This document shows positions 1 through 8,225 of a stretch of DNA of 45,826 nt, piece by piece (position 1 is the stretch's first letter; every line of letters begins with the position of its first letter). Origin of the DNA: Bacteroidota bacterium (GTDB lineage: Bacteria > Bacteroidota > Bacteroidia > Bacteroidales > UBA12077); NCBI GenBank assembly GCA_051747065.1, contig JBNJFT010000002.1, forward strand, positions 1 to 45,826. The letters run 5' to 3'. A model generated the notes under the pieces. That model saw nothing but the letters and a program-made list of their open reading frames with translations, did no database searches and had not been told where the DNA came from. The position numbers and the translations under genes were made by a program.

Positions 1-249
1 TAATTAACAAAAATGAACTTAAGGTAAGTATTTATTTTGATAGTCAGGCATACTTATAACTGCACGAGATACTGAATTGCGGCGCATTACTGTTAAAAAC
101 AAAGTGGGAGGGATACAGAAAAACGGTAAAAAGAGGAGAAAACAGGGTAGACGAATTCTATAAAAAAATCTTTCAGTATTCGAACTCTTTTCCTTCCTTA
201 TATGGGTTGAGATTAAGTTGATTTGTCTAATTAACTGTCTATGAAATAT

Positions 250-300
250 AATAAATCACCACTCCCAGATTTTGTAAAACCGTGGGGGTGGTGATTTATT
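250..300. terminator. Strong hairpin, likely bidirectional intrinsic terminator downstream of the HNH gene
   Basis: 17-bp stem (250-266 pairs with 284-300, one G-U pair) with a 17-nt loop and T-rich flanks. It lies 18 nt past the stop of minus-strand ORF 319-861. Confidence 0.6.
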
Positions 301-318
301 ATATCTGGTTTTTAGATA

Positions 319-861
319 TTAATCAATCTTAATATGTCCCCAATTCTCGCCGGAACGGATTCTATTGAGTTGGGTATGTGTAATACCGAATTCTTTTGCG
401 AGCTTGTACAGCTTATTTTTCCCTCGTTTTAATTTTTTCTTCAGGCGTATAACATCAGTTTCTGAGAGTTTGGAATAATTAATTGTACCCCGTTTATAAT
501 TGGGATTAATCTTCTGATGTTCAAACATTGTGTCTTTAGTTACCCATCTGAGATTTTTGTAATAATTATTCTGTTTATCAAAATCTAGATGAATAACATG
601 TTCCTGAAGATCACTCTCTTTTGGGATAAAGTATTCTGCAACAAGTTTATGGACATATTTTGTTGTCCTTTTACCTGTTTTTAATTTGATATTTAATACT
701 TTATAACCCTTTAAGGTGGCTCCCTTAATAATGTTTCCTTCTTCTTTGTTAACTTTGTAGCTTTTTATCCTGCCATAATTTGAAACTTCATATTTCTCAT
801 CTTCAGAAATGTTTTCAAAGTCGACAGGAGCCCATTTTTCGTCCCAGTATGAAGCACTCAT
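319..861 (-). CDS. NUMOD4/HNH homing-endonuclease-like protein with C-terminal HTH
   Basis: NUMOD4-like N-terminus (EKWAPV...YEVSNYGRIKS), HNH_3-like core (VHKLVAEYF...HLDFDKQNNYYKNLRWVT) and C-terminal helix-turn-helix (LAKEFGITHTQLNRIRSG). Confidence 0.8.
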   Translation of the reverse strand: MSASYWDEKWAPVDFENISEDEKYEVSNYGRIKSYKVNKEEGNIIKGATLKGYKVLNIKLKTGKRTTKYVHKLVAEYFIPKESDLQEHVIHLDFDKQNNYYKNLRWVTKDTMFEHQKINPNYKRGTINYSKLSETDVIRLKKKLKRGKNKLYKLAKEFGITHTQLNRIRSGENWGHIKID

Positions 862-985
862 ATTAATAAAAATTTTAATGATTTAAACTAACTTCTAACT
901 TATTTATTAGATATACTTGTAACGGAAAAGTTTAATTGTTTATTTTATTTTTTTCTAAAATAATAAAATTTAGTTACAAAAATAA

Positions 986-1711
986 CTATTTATGCAAGGT
1001 TTCAATCATTATTTTTAATTTTTCAGGATTTTTTTCTATTGCATTACCAACAACGACAATATCAGCTCCCGCATTACTTACTCTTTTGATATCGGAAGGC
1101 TCTTTCAATCCTCCTCCTACAACAAGAGGAATTGTGATATTGTTTTTAACTTCTTTAATGGCCTTTGAATGTAAGGAATTAGAAGCACCACTTCCGGATT
1201 CCAGGTAAATCATTTTGTGTCCCAATAACTCCCCGGCAATTGCTGTAGATACTATGATGTCGGTCTGTTCAGCAGGAATGGGTTTTGTGTTGCTGATATA
1301 TTCTACTGCCGAAGTGTTTCCGCCTTCAATTAAAATATAACCTGTTGAAATGACTTCAATATTACTTTCTTTTAACCGTTTTGCAGCTAAAATATGATTT
1401 CCGATGAGCAAATCCGGGTTTCGTCCTGATATCATTGAAAGAAGTAATATTCCATCTGCGTGATCTGAGATCTGCATTAAATTTCCCGGAAATAGAATTA
1501 ATGGGAGAGTAGTATTGTTTTTGATTAAACTGGCTGTGGGCTCTATGGACTTGCTTAATAAACTCCCCCCAAGTAGTATATAATCCACCCCTACATTATT
1601 TGCTTCTTTGATAATTTCAGATAATTTCTCGTTGCTGTAATTCTCCGGATCAATTAGAAGGGCGAATTTTTTGTTGCCGGGTTTCTTCGGGTAGAGTTCC
1701 TGGTAGATCAT
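986..1711 (-). CDS. Geranylgeranylglyceryl/heptaprenylglyceryl phosphate synthase family protein (PcrB/GGGPS)
   Basis: 241 aa with family hallmarks LLIDP, ILLGGS, YLESGSG, VVGGGL and ADIVVVGNA, which align by eye with Bacillus PcrB. Confidence 0.85.
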   Translation of the reverse strand: MIYQELYPKKPGNKKFALLIDPENYSNEKLSEIIKEANNVGVDYILLGGSLLSKSIEPTASLIKNNTTLPLILFPGNLMQISDHADGILLLSMISGRNPDLLIGNHILAAKRLKESNIEVISTGYILIEGGNTSAVEYISNTKPIPAEQTDIIVSTAIAGELLGHKMIYLESGSGASNSLHSKAIKEVKNNITIPLVVGGGLKEPSDIKRVSNAGADIVVVGNAIEKNPEKLKIMIETLHK

Positions 1712-1714
1712 TTT

Positions 1715-2353
1715 TCAATTTTTATAGCCCCAAACAATGGAGTAATTATTATTAATATGAAAATAATTTAGCCTGATTTTTTCGTAAATCTTCTGGGTTC
1801 TTACTTTTCCTGTTAGGCTTCCTTCATCTTCCGGAATAAAAGGTTCTATAATTAGGTTTTTTTTAAAATTTATATCTTTTTTATCGAACATTTTATATAA
1901 GGCTTCTTTTGCACACCAATGCAAGTATAGGTGGTAGGTTTTCTTTTCAGGATCAATGTGTTGCAATTCGGCTTCAGTAAGAAATTTTTCAGCAATGTGT
2001 GTTATTTTTGGCTGGATTTTTTCTATGTCGATACCTACATTGCTTTGGGGTGAAATTAGCAGAGCAGCATAATGGTAGGAGTGTGAAATGCTTATGTGAT
2101 AAGAATTGTCAGCAAGGAAGGGTTTTCTGTTGCCATTATAGACTATAGCATTGTTTTTTTTGGTTAAGGTATTAAGAAGTACCCTGACGCTCATCCATTC
2201 AAGTTTTCTCCGATGACTTTTGAAATTTTCCAGGATTGTGATATCTTCCTGATGTAAGTCAAGTTTGGAAAACAATTCGTTGTAACTTTCTTGTATTTCC
2301 CAAATCCCTAGTCGACAATTACTATTTACCTTTTGGTCGATAATAAGCCCCAT
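1715..2353 (-). CDS. 4'-phosphopantetheinyl transferase, Sfp-type
   Basis: GIDIEKI (GxD metal site) and WCAKEALYK (W-x-x-KEA-x-x-K) motifs; about 210 aa, two-lobed size class. Confidence 0.8.
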   Translation of the reverse strand: MGLIIDQKVNSNCRLGIWEIQESYNELFSKLDLHQEDITILENFKSHRRKLEWMSVRVLLNTLTKKNNAIVYNGNRKPFLADNSYHISISHSYHYAALLISPQSNVGIDIEKIQPKITHIAEKFLTEAELQHIDPEKKTYHLYLHWCAKEALYKMFDKKDINFKKNLIIEPFIPEDEGSLTGKVRTQKIYEKIRLNYFHINNNYSIVWGYKN

Positions 2354-2358
2354 ATTAT

Positions 2359-2946
2359 TTACTTATTTTTCCAATGCAGAGACTCCATAAGGTGCTTAAT
2401 ATCTTTTTCAACAAATTTGATGATAGGTGCTAAAGAATCCTTATTAGGTTCAGTCCTGAAATACAATGAGCCTCGTATAAAGTGCTTTGTACTATCAGTT
2501 ACAAAAAACTGCATCGGAGATGCAACATCCCCTTTTATTTTGTATAAAACTCCATAGACATCTCTTTCCGGAGCTACATGCATTTCTTCTTTAATGGCCT
2601 CAGCTTTCAATGTATGCTTGTAAGCGAGTTCTCTTGAGTCTTCGGTATATTGTTTTATATTGCCTTCAATATTTTTATAACTTATGTGAATATCCCCTTT
2701 AAACTCCGGTATATGTATGTTTACCCAACAAGGTTTTCCTTCCTGGTTCGGATCCTGGATGATTTCGGAATATTCCGGGTACTCGAATGAATAAGGACAG
2801 TTTATTTGTAACTCCTTATATTGTTTTTCAGGGAGATCTATTCTAAAATAGCCTCTTGGTCTGGGAGTTGACTGGTCTTTATTGTTGCATGAATAAATGA
2901 AGATTAATAGAGCTCCAACGATTATATAGATTGTGTGTTTATACAT
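2359..2946 (-). CDS. gldD: Gliding motility lipoprotein GldD
   Basis: 195-aa lipoprotein with a signal peptide ending in the lipobox IFIYSC. It sits 6 nt downstream of gldE, and the mutY-ssb-gldE-gldD order matches the Flavobacterium johnsoniae gld locus as I recall it. The call rests on synteny and size, not on an alignment. Confidence 0.7.
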   Translation of the reverse strand: MYKHTIYIIVGALLIFIYSCNNKDQSTPRPRGYFRIDLPEKQYKELQINCPYSFEYPEYSEIIQDPNQEGKPCWVNIHIPEFKGDIHISYKNIEGNIKQYTEDSRELAYKHTLKAEAIKEEMHVAPERDVYGVLYKIKGDVASPMQFFVTDSTKHFIRGSLYFRTEPNKDSLAPIIKFVEKDIKHLMESLHWKNK

Positions 2947-2952
2947 AGCTGT

Positions 2953-4269
2953 TTATTCAATGATTACCTTAACCTTTTTTATTCTTCGCTTATCGGAAGA
3001 TTCGATCTTGAAAGCGAGGTTTTTATATCTTATAACGTCGTTCTTCTTTGGTATTTCTCCTTTAATTTCAAGGATAATACCTGCTATAGTATCTGCATCT
3101 CGTTTTATTTCATCAAAAAAATCATCACTTAAATTTAATATTTTATAGAAATCATTGAGTAGTGTTTTCCCTTCAAAAACATATGTATCATTGCTTTCTT
3201 TGGAATAAAATATTTCATCGTTATCTGACTCATCTGTAATTTCGCCTACAATTTCCTCCAAAATATCCTCAAGAGTTACAATTCCATAGGTTCCTCCATA
3301 TTCATCAATAACGATTGCAATGTGAATTTTGTTATATTGAAATTCTTTCAGCAGATTATTTATTTTTTTTGTTTCCGGCACAAAATAAGTAGGCCTGATT
3401 AGATCTTGCCAACGGAAACTCTCATTATTCATCATGTATGGCAACAAATCCTTTATGTAAAGTATTCCCCTTACATTGTCAAAACTGTTTTCGTAAACAG
3501 GTATTCGTGAATGTCCCGAGTCAATAATAATTTTCATGAGCTCATCAAAGTCGGTGTTAATATCTACTGCAAAAACATCAACTCTTGATTTCATTATTTC
3601 TTTGGCGGTAATATTGCCAAATTTAATTATACCCCTTAAAATATTTTCATCTTCCTGTATTTCTTTTGAAGTAAGATTTAAAGCGTCTGAAAGTTCATCA
3701 ATTGTTATGTTCCTTTTTTTGAGAATTTTTTTGGTGATTATGGTGGTCGAGTTTACCAGAAAATTGCTGAAAGGTAGGAAAATACGATGGAGTAAGTAAA
3801 ATGGCTTTGCCATTATGCGTGCATGCTCAAACTTGTTTTTTCTTACAAAACCTTTGGAGATAATATCTTTGAATAAGAAAGTAAGTAGGAAAATGAACCC
3901 TACAATCAGAATAATAGTACGTGCATTAAATTCTTTGATAATAAATACACTGTCAATGAAGTAAATGATTGAAATAAAGATGGCTACAAAAAAGAAATTT
4001 TTTATTATAAAAATTGTAGCTTTCAATTTTTGCGGGCTCTCTAAGAGTTTGATCAGGGTGTTGTTTTTTTTGTCTCTGTCTTTTTTCAATTCTCTTATCT
4101 TTGCAGGCACAATAGCAAAAAAAGCATCCTCGGCTCCGGAAACCAGAGCGAGGATGACAAGTAATAAAAGACTTACTAATGACAATATAATTGCATTTTG
4201 GTCAAATGCATCATAACTAATGATCGATATTGTTTGTAAGAAAGATAAGAATGGTTCTGTTGTATCCAA
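2953..4269 (-). CDS. gldE: Gliding motility-associated protein GldE (DUF21 + CBS pair + CorC_HlyC)
   Basis: N-terminal multi-TM DUF21 region, tandem CBS domains and a CorC/HlyC C-terminal domain (GIVTLEDILEEIVGEI). Synteny with ssb and gldD supports the call. The ORF implies a TTG start. Confidence 0.75.
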   Translation of the reverse strand: MDTTEPFLSFLQTISIISYDAFDQNAIILSLVSLLLLVILALVSGAEDAFFAIVPAKIRELKKDRDKKNNTLIKLLESPQKLKATIFIIKNFFFVAIFISIIYFIDSVFIIKEFNARTIILIVGFIFLLTFLFKDIISKGFVRKNKFEHARIMAKPFYLLHRIFLPFSNFLVNSTTIITKKILKKRNITIDELSDALNLTSKEIQEDENILRGIIKFGNITAKEIMKSRVDVFAVDINTDFDELMKIIIDSGHSRIPVYENSFDNVRGILYIKDLLPYMMNNESFRWQDLIRPTYFVPETKKINNLLKEFQYNKIHIAIVIDEYGGTYGIVTLEDILEEIVGEITDESDNDEIFYSKESNDTYVFEGKTLLNDFYKILNLSDDFFDEIKRDADTIAGIILEIKGEIPKKNDVIRYKNLAFKIESSDKRRIKKVKVIIE

Positions 4270-4295
4270 TTTTTATCTGAAAATTTTATTTGTAA

Positions 4296-4736
4296 TTAAA
4301 AAGGCAAATCATCTCCTTCGTCAGGAATGGTCGTGGAATTTTCTGCCTTTGAAGCCTTTGATGTTTCCGGCTCTGAAGAAGGTGCAGAATCATTGCTTTT
4401 TCCACTACCAAGCATTTGCAAATTATTGCAAACAATTTCTGTTATATATTTTCGGTTTCCGTCTTTATCTTCCCATGATCTTGTTTGGATTTTGCCTTCA
4501 ATATACAACGCATCGCCCTTCTTTACATAATTTTTAACAATGTCTCCGGTGTTTCTGAATGCTACAACGTTATGCCATTCAGTTATGGATTGCTTTTCAT
4601 TGTCTTTTTTATACACTTCTGTTGTTGCAAGGGAAAACTTTGCAAGTGTAGTCCCATTTTCCAAGTGTTTTACTTCTGGATCTTTTCCAACATTTCCAAT
4701 TAGAATGACTTTGTTTACTCCTCTGCTTATACCCAT
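4296..4736 (-). CDS. ssb: Single-stranded DNA-binding protein
   Basis: OB-fold N-terminus (VNKVILIGNVGKDPE...WHNVVAF), disordered tail and the canonical acidic tip DDLPF. Confidence 0.95.
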   Translation of the reverse strand: MGISRGVNKVILIGNVGKDPEVKHLENGTTLAKFSLATTEVYKKDNEKQSITEWHNVVAFRNTGDIVKNYVKKGDALYIEGKIQTRSWEDKDGNRKYITEIVCNNLQMLGSGKSNDSAPSSEPETSKASKAENSTTIPDEGDDLPF

Positions 4737-4812
4737 AATTTTAATTTTTAAGGTTAATAAATAATTACGTAAAATTACAAATTTTTACTTATATACAAAT
4801 TTTTTAAGTAAA

Positions 4813-5868
4813 TTATTCCCATTCGTTTTGTTCTAAATGCTTTTCGATAAGACGGGAAATTGCAAATTTGTCTAAATTTTTCTTCTTTATTTTTAGAAAA
4901 TTGTTTTTCAGAAAATTGGTTTGAGCAGGCAACCTTAAATCAATAAATATCGCATAAATATGCTGATGCGAAAGAATGTGTTTATATTCTTTTGAAATGC
5001 TAAGTATTTCAGGATCACTGTTATTGAATAATTGTTTCCATTCCTTTGTCTGAGTAATTTTTCTTATGTCCTTTTTATTGTTGCATTCTATTAAAGGAAA
5101 TTCATACAAGGAATTCCAGACATCTTTATTTGTACGTTTTCTAATATATGTATGCTGATCTTTGTGAATAACGAGGTAATAGAAATATCTGTTTTTCTTC
5201 TTTTTTCCGACATTTTTCACCGGATAGTGCTCCACTTTGTTGGTATTATACGCTTCACATATCTCCTGGAAAGAACAATTTGGGCAATCTGGGTTTCCTG
5301 GTGTACATTGAATGGCCCCAAATTCGATGATTGCTTGATTATGAGTTCCCGGGGATTCATGATTTAATAAATGCTTTGCCAGTTCTTCTATTTCTTTTTC
5401 CCCGGCACTTGAATTTATTGGCTTGTCAATACCAAAAACACGGGACAAAACCCTTTTTACATTTCCATCTACAACAGCCACCGGCTCATTATATGCAAAA
5501 GATGCAACAGCCGCAGCGGTATAAGGGCCAACACCTTTTAATTTGATTAATTCATGGTAATTTTCAGGCATCACTCCATTATAATCATTAATGATTTTCT
5601 TAGCCGTATGATGCATGTTCTTCGCCCTGTTGTAGTAGCCGAGTCCTTGCCATTGTTTCAATACTTCGTCAATGTTGGCATTCCCCAATGATTGAATGTC
5701 AGGGAATTTCTTTATAAATTGGTGGTAGTATTTCGTTCCTTGATTTACCCGGGTTTGTTGTAATATGATTTCAGAAACCCAAATTTTATAGGGATCAGTA
5801 GTGTTTCTCCAGGGTAAATCCCTTTTGTGAATTTTATACCAATTGATTAGAGTTGTGCTAATGTTCAT
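4813..5868 (-). CDS. mutY: A/G-specific adenine DNA glycosylase MutY
   Basis: HhH-GPD motif (LKGVGPYTAAAV), 4Fe-4S cluster loop (CTPGNPDCPNCSFQEIC) and a C-terminal NUDIX-like domain. Confidence 0.9.
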   Translation of the reverse strand: MNISTTLINWYKIHKRDLPWRNTTDPYKIWVSEIILQQTRVNQGTKYYHQFIKKFPDIQSLGNANIDEVLKQWQGLGYYNRAKNMHHTAKKIINDYNGVMPENYHELIKLKGVGPYTAAAVASFAYNEPVAVVDGNVKRVLSRVFGIDKPINSSAGEKEIEELAKHLLNHESPGTHNQAIIEFGAIQCTPGNPDCPNCSFQEICEAYNTNKVEHYPVKNVGKKKKNRYFYYLVIHKDQHTYIRKRTNKDVWNSLYEFPLIECNNKKDIRKITQTKEWKQLFNNSDPEILSISKEYKHILSHQHIYAIFIDLRLPAQTNFLKNNFLKIKKKNLDKFAISRLIEKHLEQNEWE

Positions 5869-5949
5869 TACTGTTGATATAGAGCTAATTAAAATTGGAA
5901 ACTATGCAAATTTAACTTAAATCTATTTCTCTAATAAAAATAATTACTT

Positions 5950-5957
5950 TATATTTG
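5950..5957 (+). promoter_or_regulatory. Bacteroidota-type -7 promoter box (TAnnTTTG) for the HU gene
   Basis: TATATTTG lies 56 nt upstream of the ATG at 6013, in the divergent mutY/HU intergenic region. Confidence 0.4.
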
Positions 5958-6012
5958 CAGACCAACTTATTATTTTGAATTGTAAAATATTGATAATTAA
6001 ATTTTTTGAAAC

Positions 6013-6297
6013 ATGACAAAAGCAGATATCGTAAACGAAATTTCTAAAAAAACCGGAATTGAAAAAGTAACTGTTCAGAAAACAGTTGAAGCGTTCATGG
6101 AATCTGTAAAGGAGTCTTTGGTTAGTAATCAGAATGTTTATTTAAGAGGTTTTGGAAGTTTTATAGTTAAAAAGCGTGCAGAGAAAAAAGCACGTAATAT
6201 TTCCAAAAACACAACTATTGTGATTCCTGAACATTATATTCCCTCCTTCAGGCCTTCTAAGAAATTTGTAAGTAAAGTGAAAAATAACGTTAAGTAA
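6013..6297 (+). CDS. hup: HU family DNA-binding protein
   Basis: 94 aa, MTKADIVNEISKKTG...LRGFGSF...R.ARNI/P pattern typical of HU/IHF. Confidence 0.9.
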   Translation: MTKADIVNEISKKTGIEKVTVQKTVEAFMESVKESLVSNQNVYLRGFGSFIVKKRAEKKARNISKNTTIVIPEHYIPSFRPSKKFVSKVKNNVK

Positions 6298-6352
6298 AAT
6301 AATTATTTTTTTTTATTAATTTAATTACTTAACCAAATAAAGGAATTAGCTT

Positions 6353-6445
6353 ATGCCAAGCGGAAAGAAGAGGAAAAGGCACAAGATGTCAACTCACAAG
6401 CGTAAAAAACGTTTGAGAAAAAACAGACATAAAAAGAAAAAGTAA
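6353..6445 (+). CDS. 30-aa hyperbasic micro-protein, bS22-like (DUF1713/AURKAIP1-like) ribosomal protein candidate
   Basis: I translated this ORF by hand because it is below the ORF-track cutoff: MPSGKKRKRHKMSTHKRKKRLRKNRHKKKK. About two thirds of the residues are K/R/H. The pattern KKR.KR(H)KMS..K.RK.LR..R resembles mycobacterial bS22. It starts 55 nt after HU and is followed by a strong hairpin. Confidence 0.55.
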   Translation: MPSGKKRKRHKMSTHKRKKRLRKNRHKKKK

Positions 6446-6481
6446 ACATCTTTCATTATTAATGGTGTTGAATGTTATTAT

Positions 6482-6526
6482 AAAATTTAAACCTATAGAG
6501 GTTATGCTTCTTTAGGTTTAAATTTT
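6482..6526 (+). terminator. Intrinsic terminator after the HU/micro-ORF unit
   Basis: 14-bp perfect stem (AAAATTTAAACCTA / TAGGTTTAAATTTT) with a 17-nt loop, running into a T tract. Confidence 0.55.
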
Positions 6527-6558
6527 TTAAATAGTAATTAAAATCAGGAAGAGGCGTT

Positions 6559-8109
6559 GTGGTTGTAGAATTAGTTATAGATGTCACTCCGCAGGAAATC
6601 ATTATTGGATTACTGGAGGACAAACAACTAGTTGAACTTAATAAGGAGAAACGAAATCCTAAATTTGCAGTTGGAGATATTTATCTTGGGCGGGTTAAAC
6701 GCGTAATACCAGGACTGAATGCTGCTTTTGTGGATGTAGGTTATTCCAGGGATGCATTTTTGCATTATTTGGATTTGGGTCCCCAATTTCAATCTCTGAA
6801 TAAGTTCCTGAAAAGCTCTATGCAACGCAAAAATAAAGTTCCCGCTCTTCAAAAGATGAAATTGGAGCCGGATATCAATAAAAACGGCAAAATTACAGAT
6901 GTCTTAACCACCGGTCAAAAAATCGTTGTCCAAATTGCAAAGGAGCCCATATCAACTAAAGGGCCTAGATTGAGCTCTGAAATATCTATCGCAGGAAGGA
7001 ACTTGGTTTTAATCCCATTTTCTGACAAAATTTCTATTTCCCAAAAAATTGACTCCCCTGATGAGAAGAAAAGACTGAAGCGACTGATCAAGAGTATTAA
7101 ACCAAAGAATTTTGGGATTATCATTCGTACTGTGGCTGAAGGGAAAAAGGTTGCTGTGCTTGATGAAGAATTAAGAGGGTTGGTGAAAAAATGGGAATCT
7201 GCATTTTCAAAAATAGATGAGCGATATATTCCAAAATTGATACTGAGCGAACTAGATCGTACTTCTGCTTTGTTAAGAGATATTTTAAACGGCTCATTTT
7301 CTAATATTTATGTGAACGATGGAACATTTTACCAGGATATAAAAAATTATATCAAAAGTATTGCTCCAGAGAAAAAGGGTATTGTTAAATTATATGAAGG
7401 TCCTAATCCTATATTTGATCAATTCGGCGTTTCCAAACAAATAAAGGCACTTTTTGGTCGTACGGTTTCTTTTAAAAATGGAGCCTATTTAATTATTGAA
7501 CATACCGAAGCTCTTCATTCTATTGATGTGAATAGTGGCAATCGTTCTAAATTAGGAAAAGATCAGGAAACAAATGCCCTTGAAGTAAATTTGGCTGCTG
7601 CAAAAGAAATTGCACGTCAATTAAGGTTGAGGGACATGGGAGGAATTATTGTTGTGGATTTCATTGATATGAATACCAATGAAAATAAGCAGAAGCTTTA
7701 TGATAAGATGAAAGAGGAGATGTCTGTCGACCGGACTAAGCATAATATTCTGCCTCTCACAAAATTTGGTTTGATGCAGATAACACGCCAGCGTGTGCGT
7801 CCGGAGATGAATATCCAGACAGTTGAGAATTGTCCAACATGCAAAGGAACCGGTGAAATACGTCCCTCTGTACTCTTAATCGATGAAATTGAGAATCAGT
7901 TAAAATACCTTGTCAAAGAAGCTGGATATAAAAGATTATTAATTAAAACTCATCCTTATATTTCAGGATACCTTAAACATGGTTTGATTTCCCGTCAGCT
8001 TAGATGGATGTTCAAGTATAAAACCTACCTAAAGATAAGAAGTTCGGATGCCTTTGATCTTCTTCATTACAAATTTTTTACTATACATCATGAAGAGATA
8101 GAAGATTAA
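6559..8109 (+). CDS. rng: Rne/Rng family ribonuclease (RNase G-like)
   Basis: S1 domain (GDIYLGRVKRVIPGLNAAFVDVG), catalytic core (SIDVNSG, GGIIVVDFIDM) and Zn-link CPTCKGTG. GTG is the only in-frame start after the upstream stop. Confidence 0.85.
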   Translation: MVVELVIDVTPQEIIIGLLEDKQLVELNKEKRNPKFAVGDIYLGRVKRVIPGLNAAFVDVGYSRDAFLHYLDLGPQFQSLNKFLKSSMQRKNKVPALQKMKLEPDINKNGKITDVLTTGQKIVVQIAKEPISTKGPRLSSEISIAGRNLVLIPFSDKISISQKIDSPDEKKRLKRLIKSIKPKNFGIIIRTVAEGKKVAVLDEELRGLVKKWESAFSKIDERYIPKLILSELDRTSALLRDILNGSFSNIYVNDGTFYQDIKNYIKSIAPEKKGIVKLYEGPNPIFDQFGVSKQIKALFGRTVSFKNGAYLIIEHTEALHSIDVNSGNRSKLGKDQETNALEVNLAAAKEIARQLRLRDMGGIIVVDFIDMNTNENKQKLYDKMKEEMSVDRTKHNILPLTKFGLMQITRQRVRPEMNIQTVENCPTCKGTGEIRPSVLLIDEIENQLKYLVKEAGYKRLLIKTHPYISGYLKHGLISRQLRWMFKYKTYLKIRSSDAFDLLHYKFFTIHHEEIED

Positions 8110-8195
8110 GTTTCTTTTGTATTTTTAATTTTTTTATGGTGATAAATATCAACCTTTAAACATATATCCATATTTGTTTGTTTTCTTTTTAGTTT

Positions 8196-8203
8196 TATTT
8201 TTG
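8196..8203 (+). promoter_or_regulatory. Candidate -7 promoter box for dsbD
   Basis: TATTTTTG lies 23 nt upstream of the ATG at 8226. Confidence 0.35.
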
Positions 8204-8225
8204 CCATAACTAAAATTTGTTAGAT

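Noticed and set aside
918-981. Possible terminator after the GGGPS gene (TTGTAAC ... GTTACAA, 7-bp arms about 45 nt apart)
   Set aside because: The intervening sequence does not pair well and the stem is too short and A/T-rich to call. On the minus strand the same region contains a TAnnTTTG-like box (TATTTTTG, complement of 973-980), which could instead be the HNH gene promoter. Neither reading is supported strongly enough to list as a feature.
936-4764. Plus-strand ORFs of 65-105 aa (936-1208, 2333-2557, 2933-3148, 2935-3132, 3536-3799, 3965-4216, 4220-4537, 4327-4530, 4485-4703, 4540-4764)
   Set aside because: All overlap well-supported minus-strand genes (GGGPS, PPTase, gldD, gldE, ssb). 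Their F/L/I/S-rich composition is typical of antisense frames in A/T-rich DNA.
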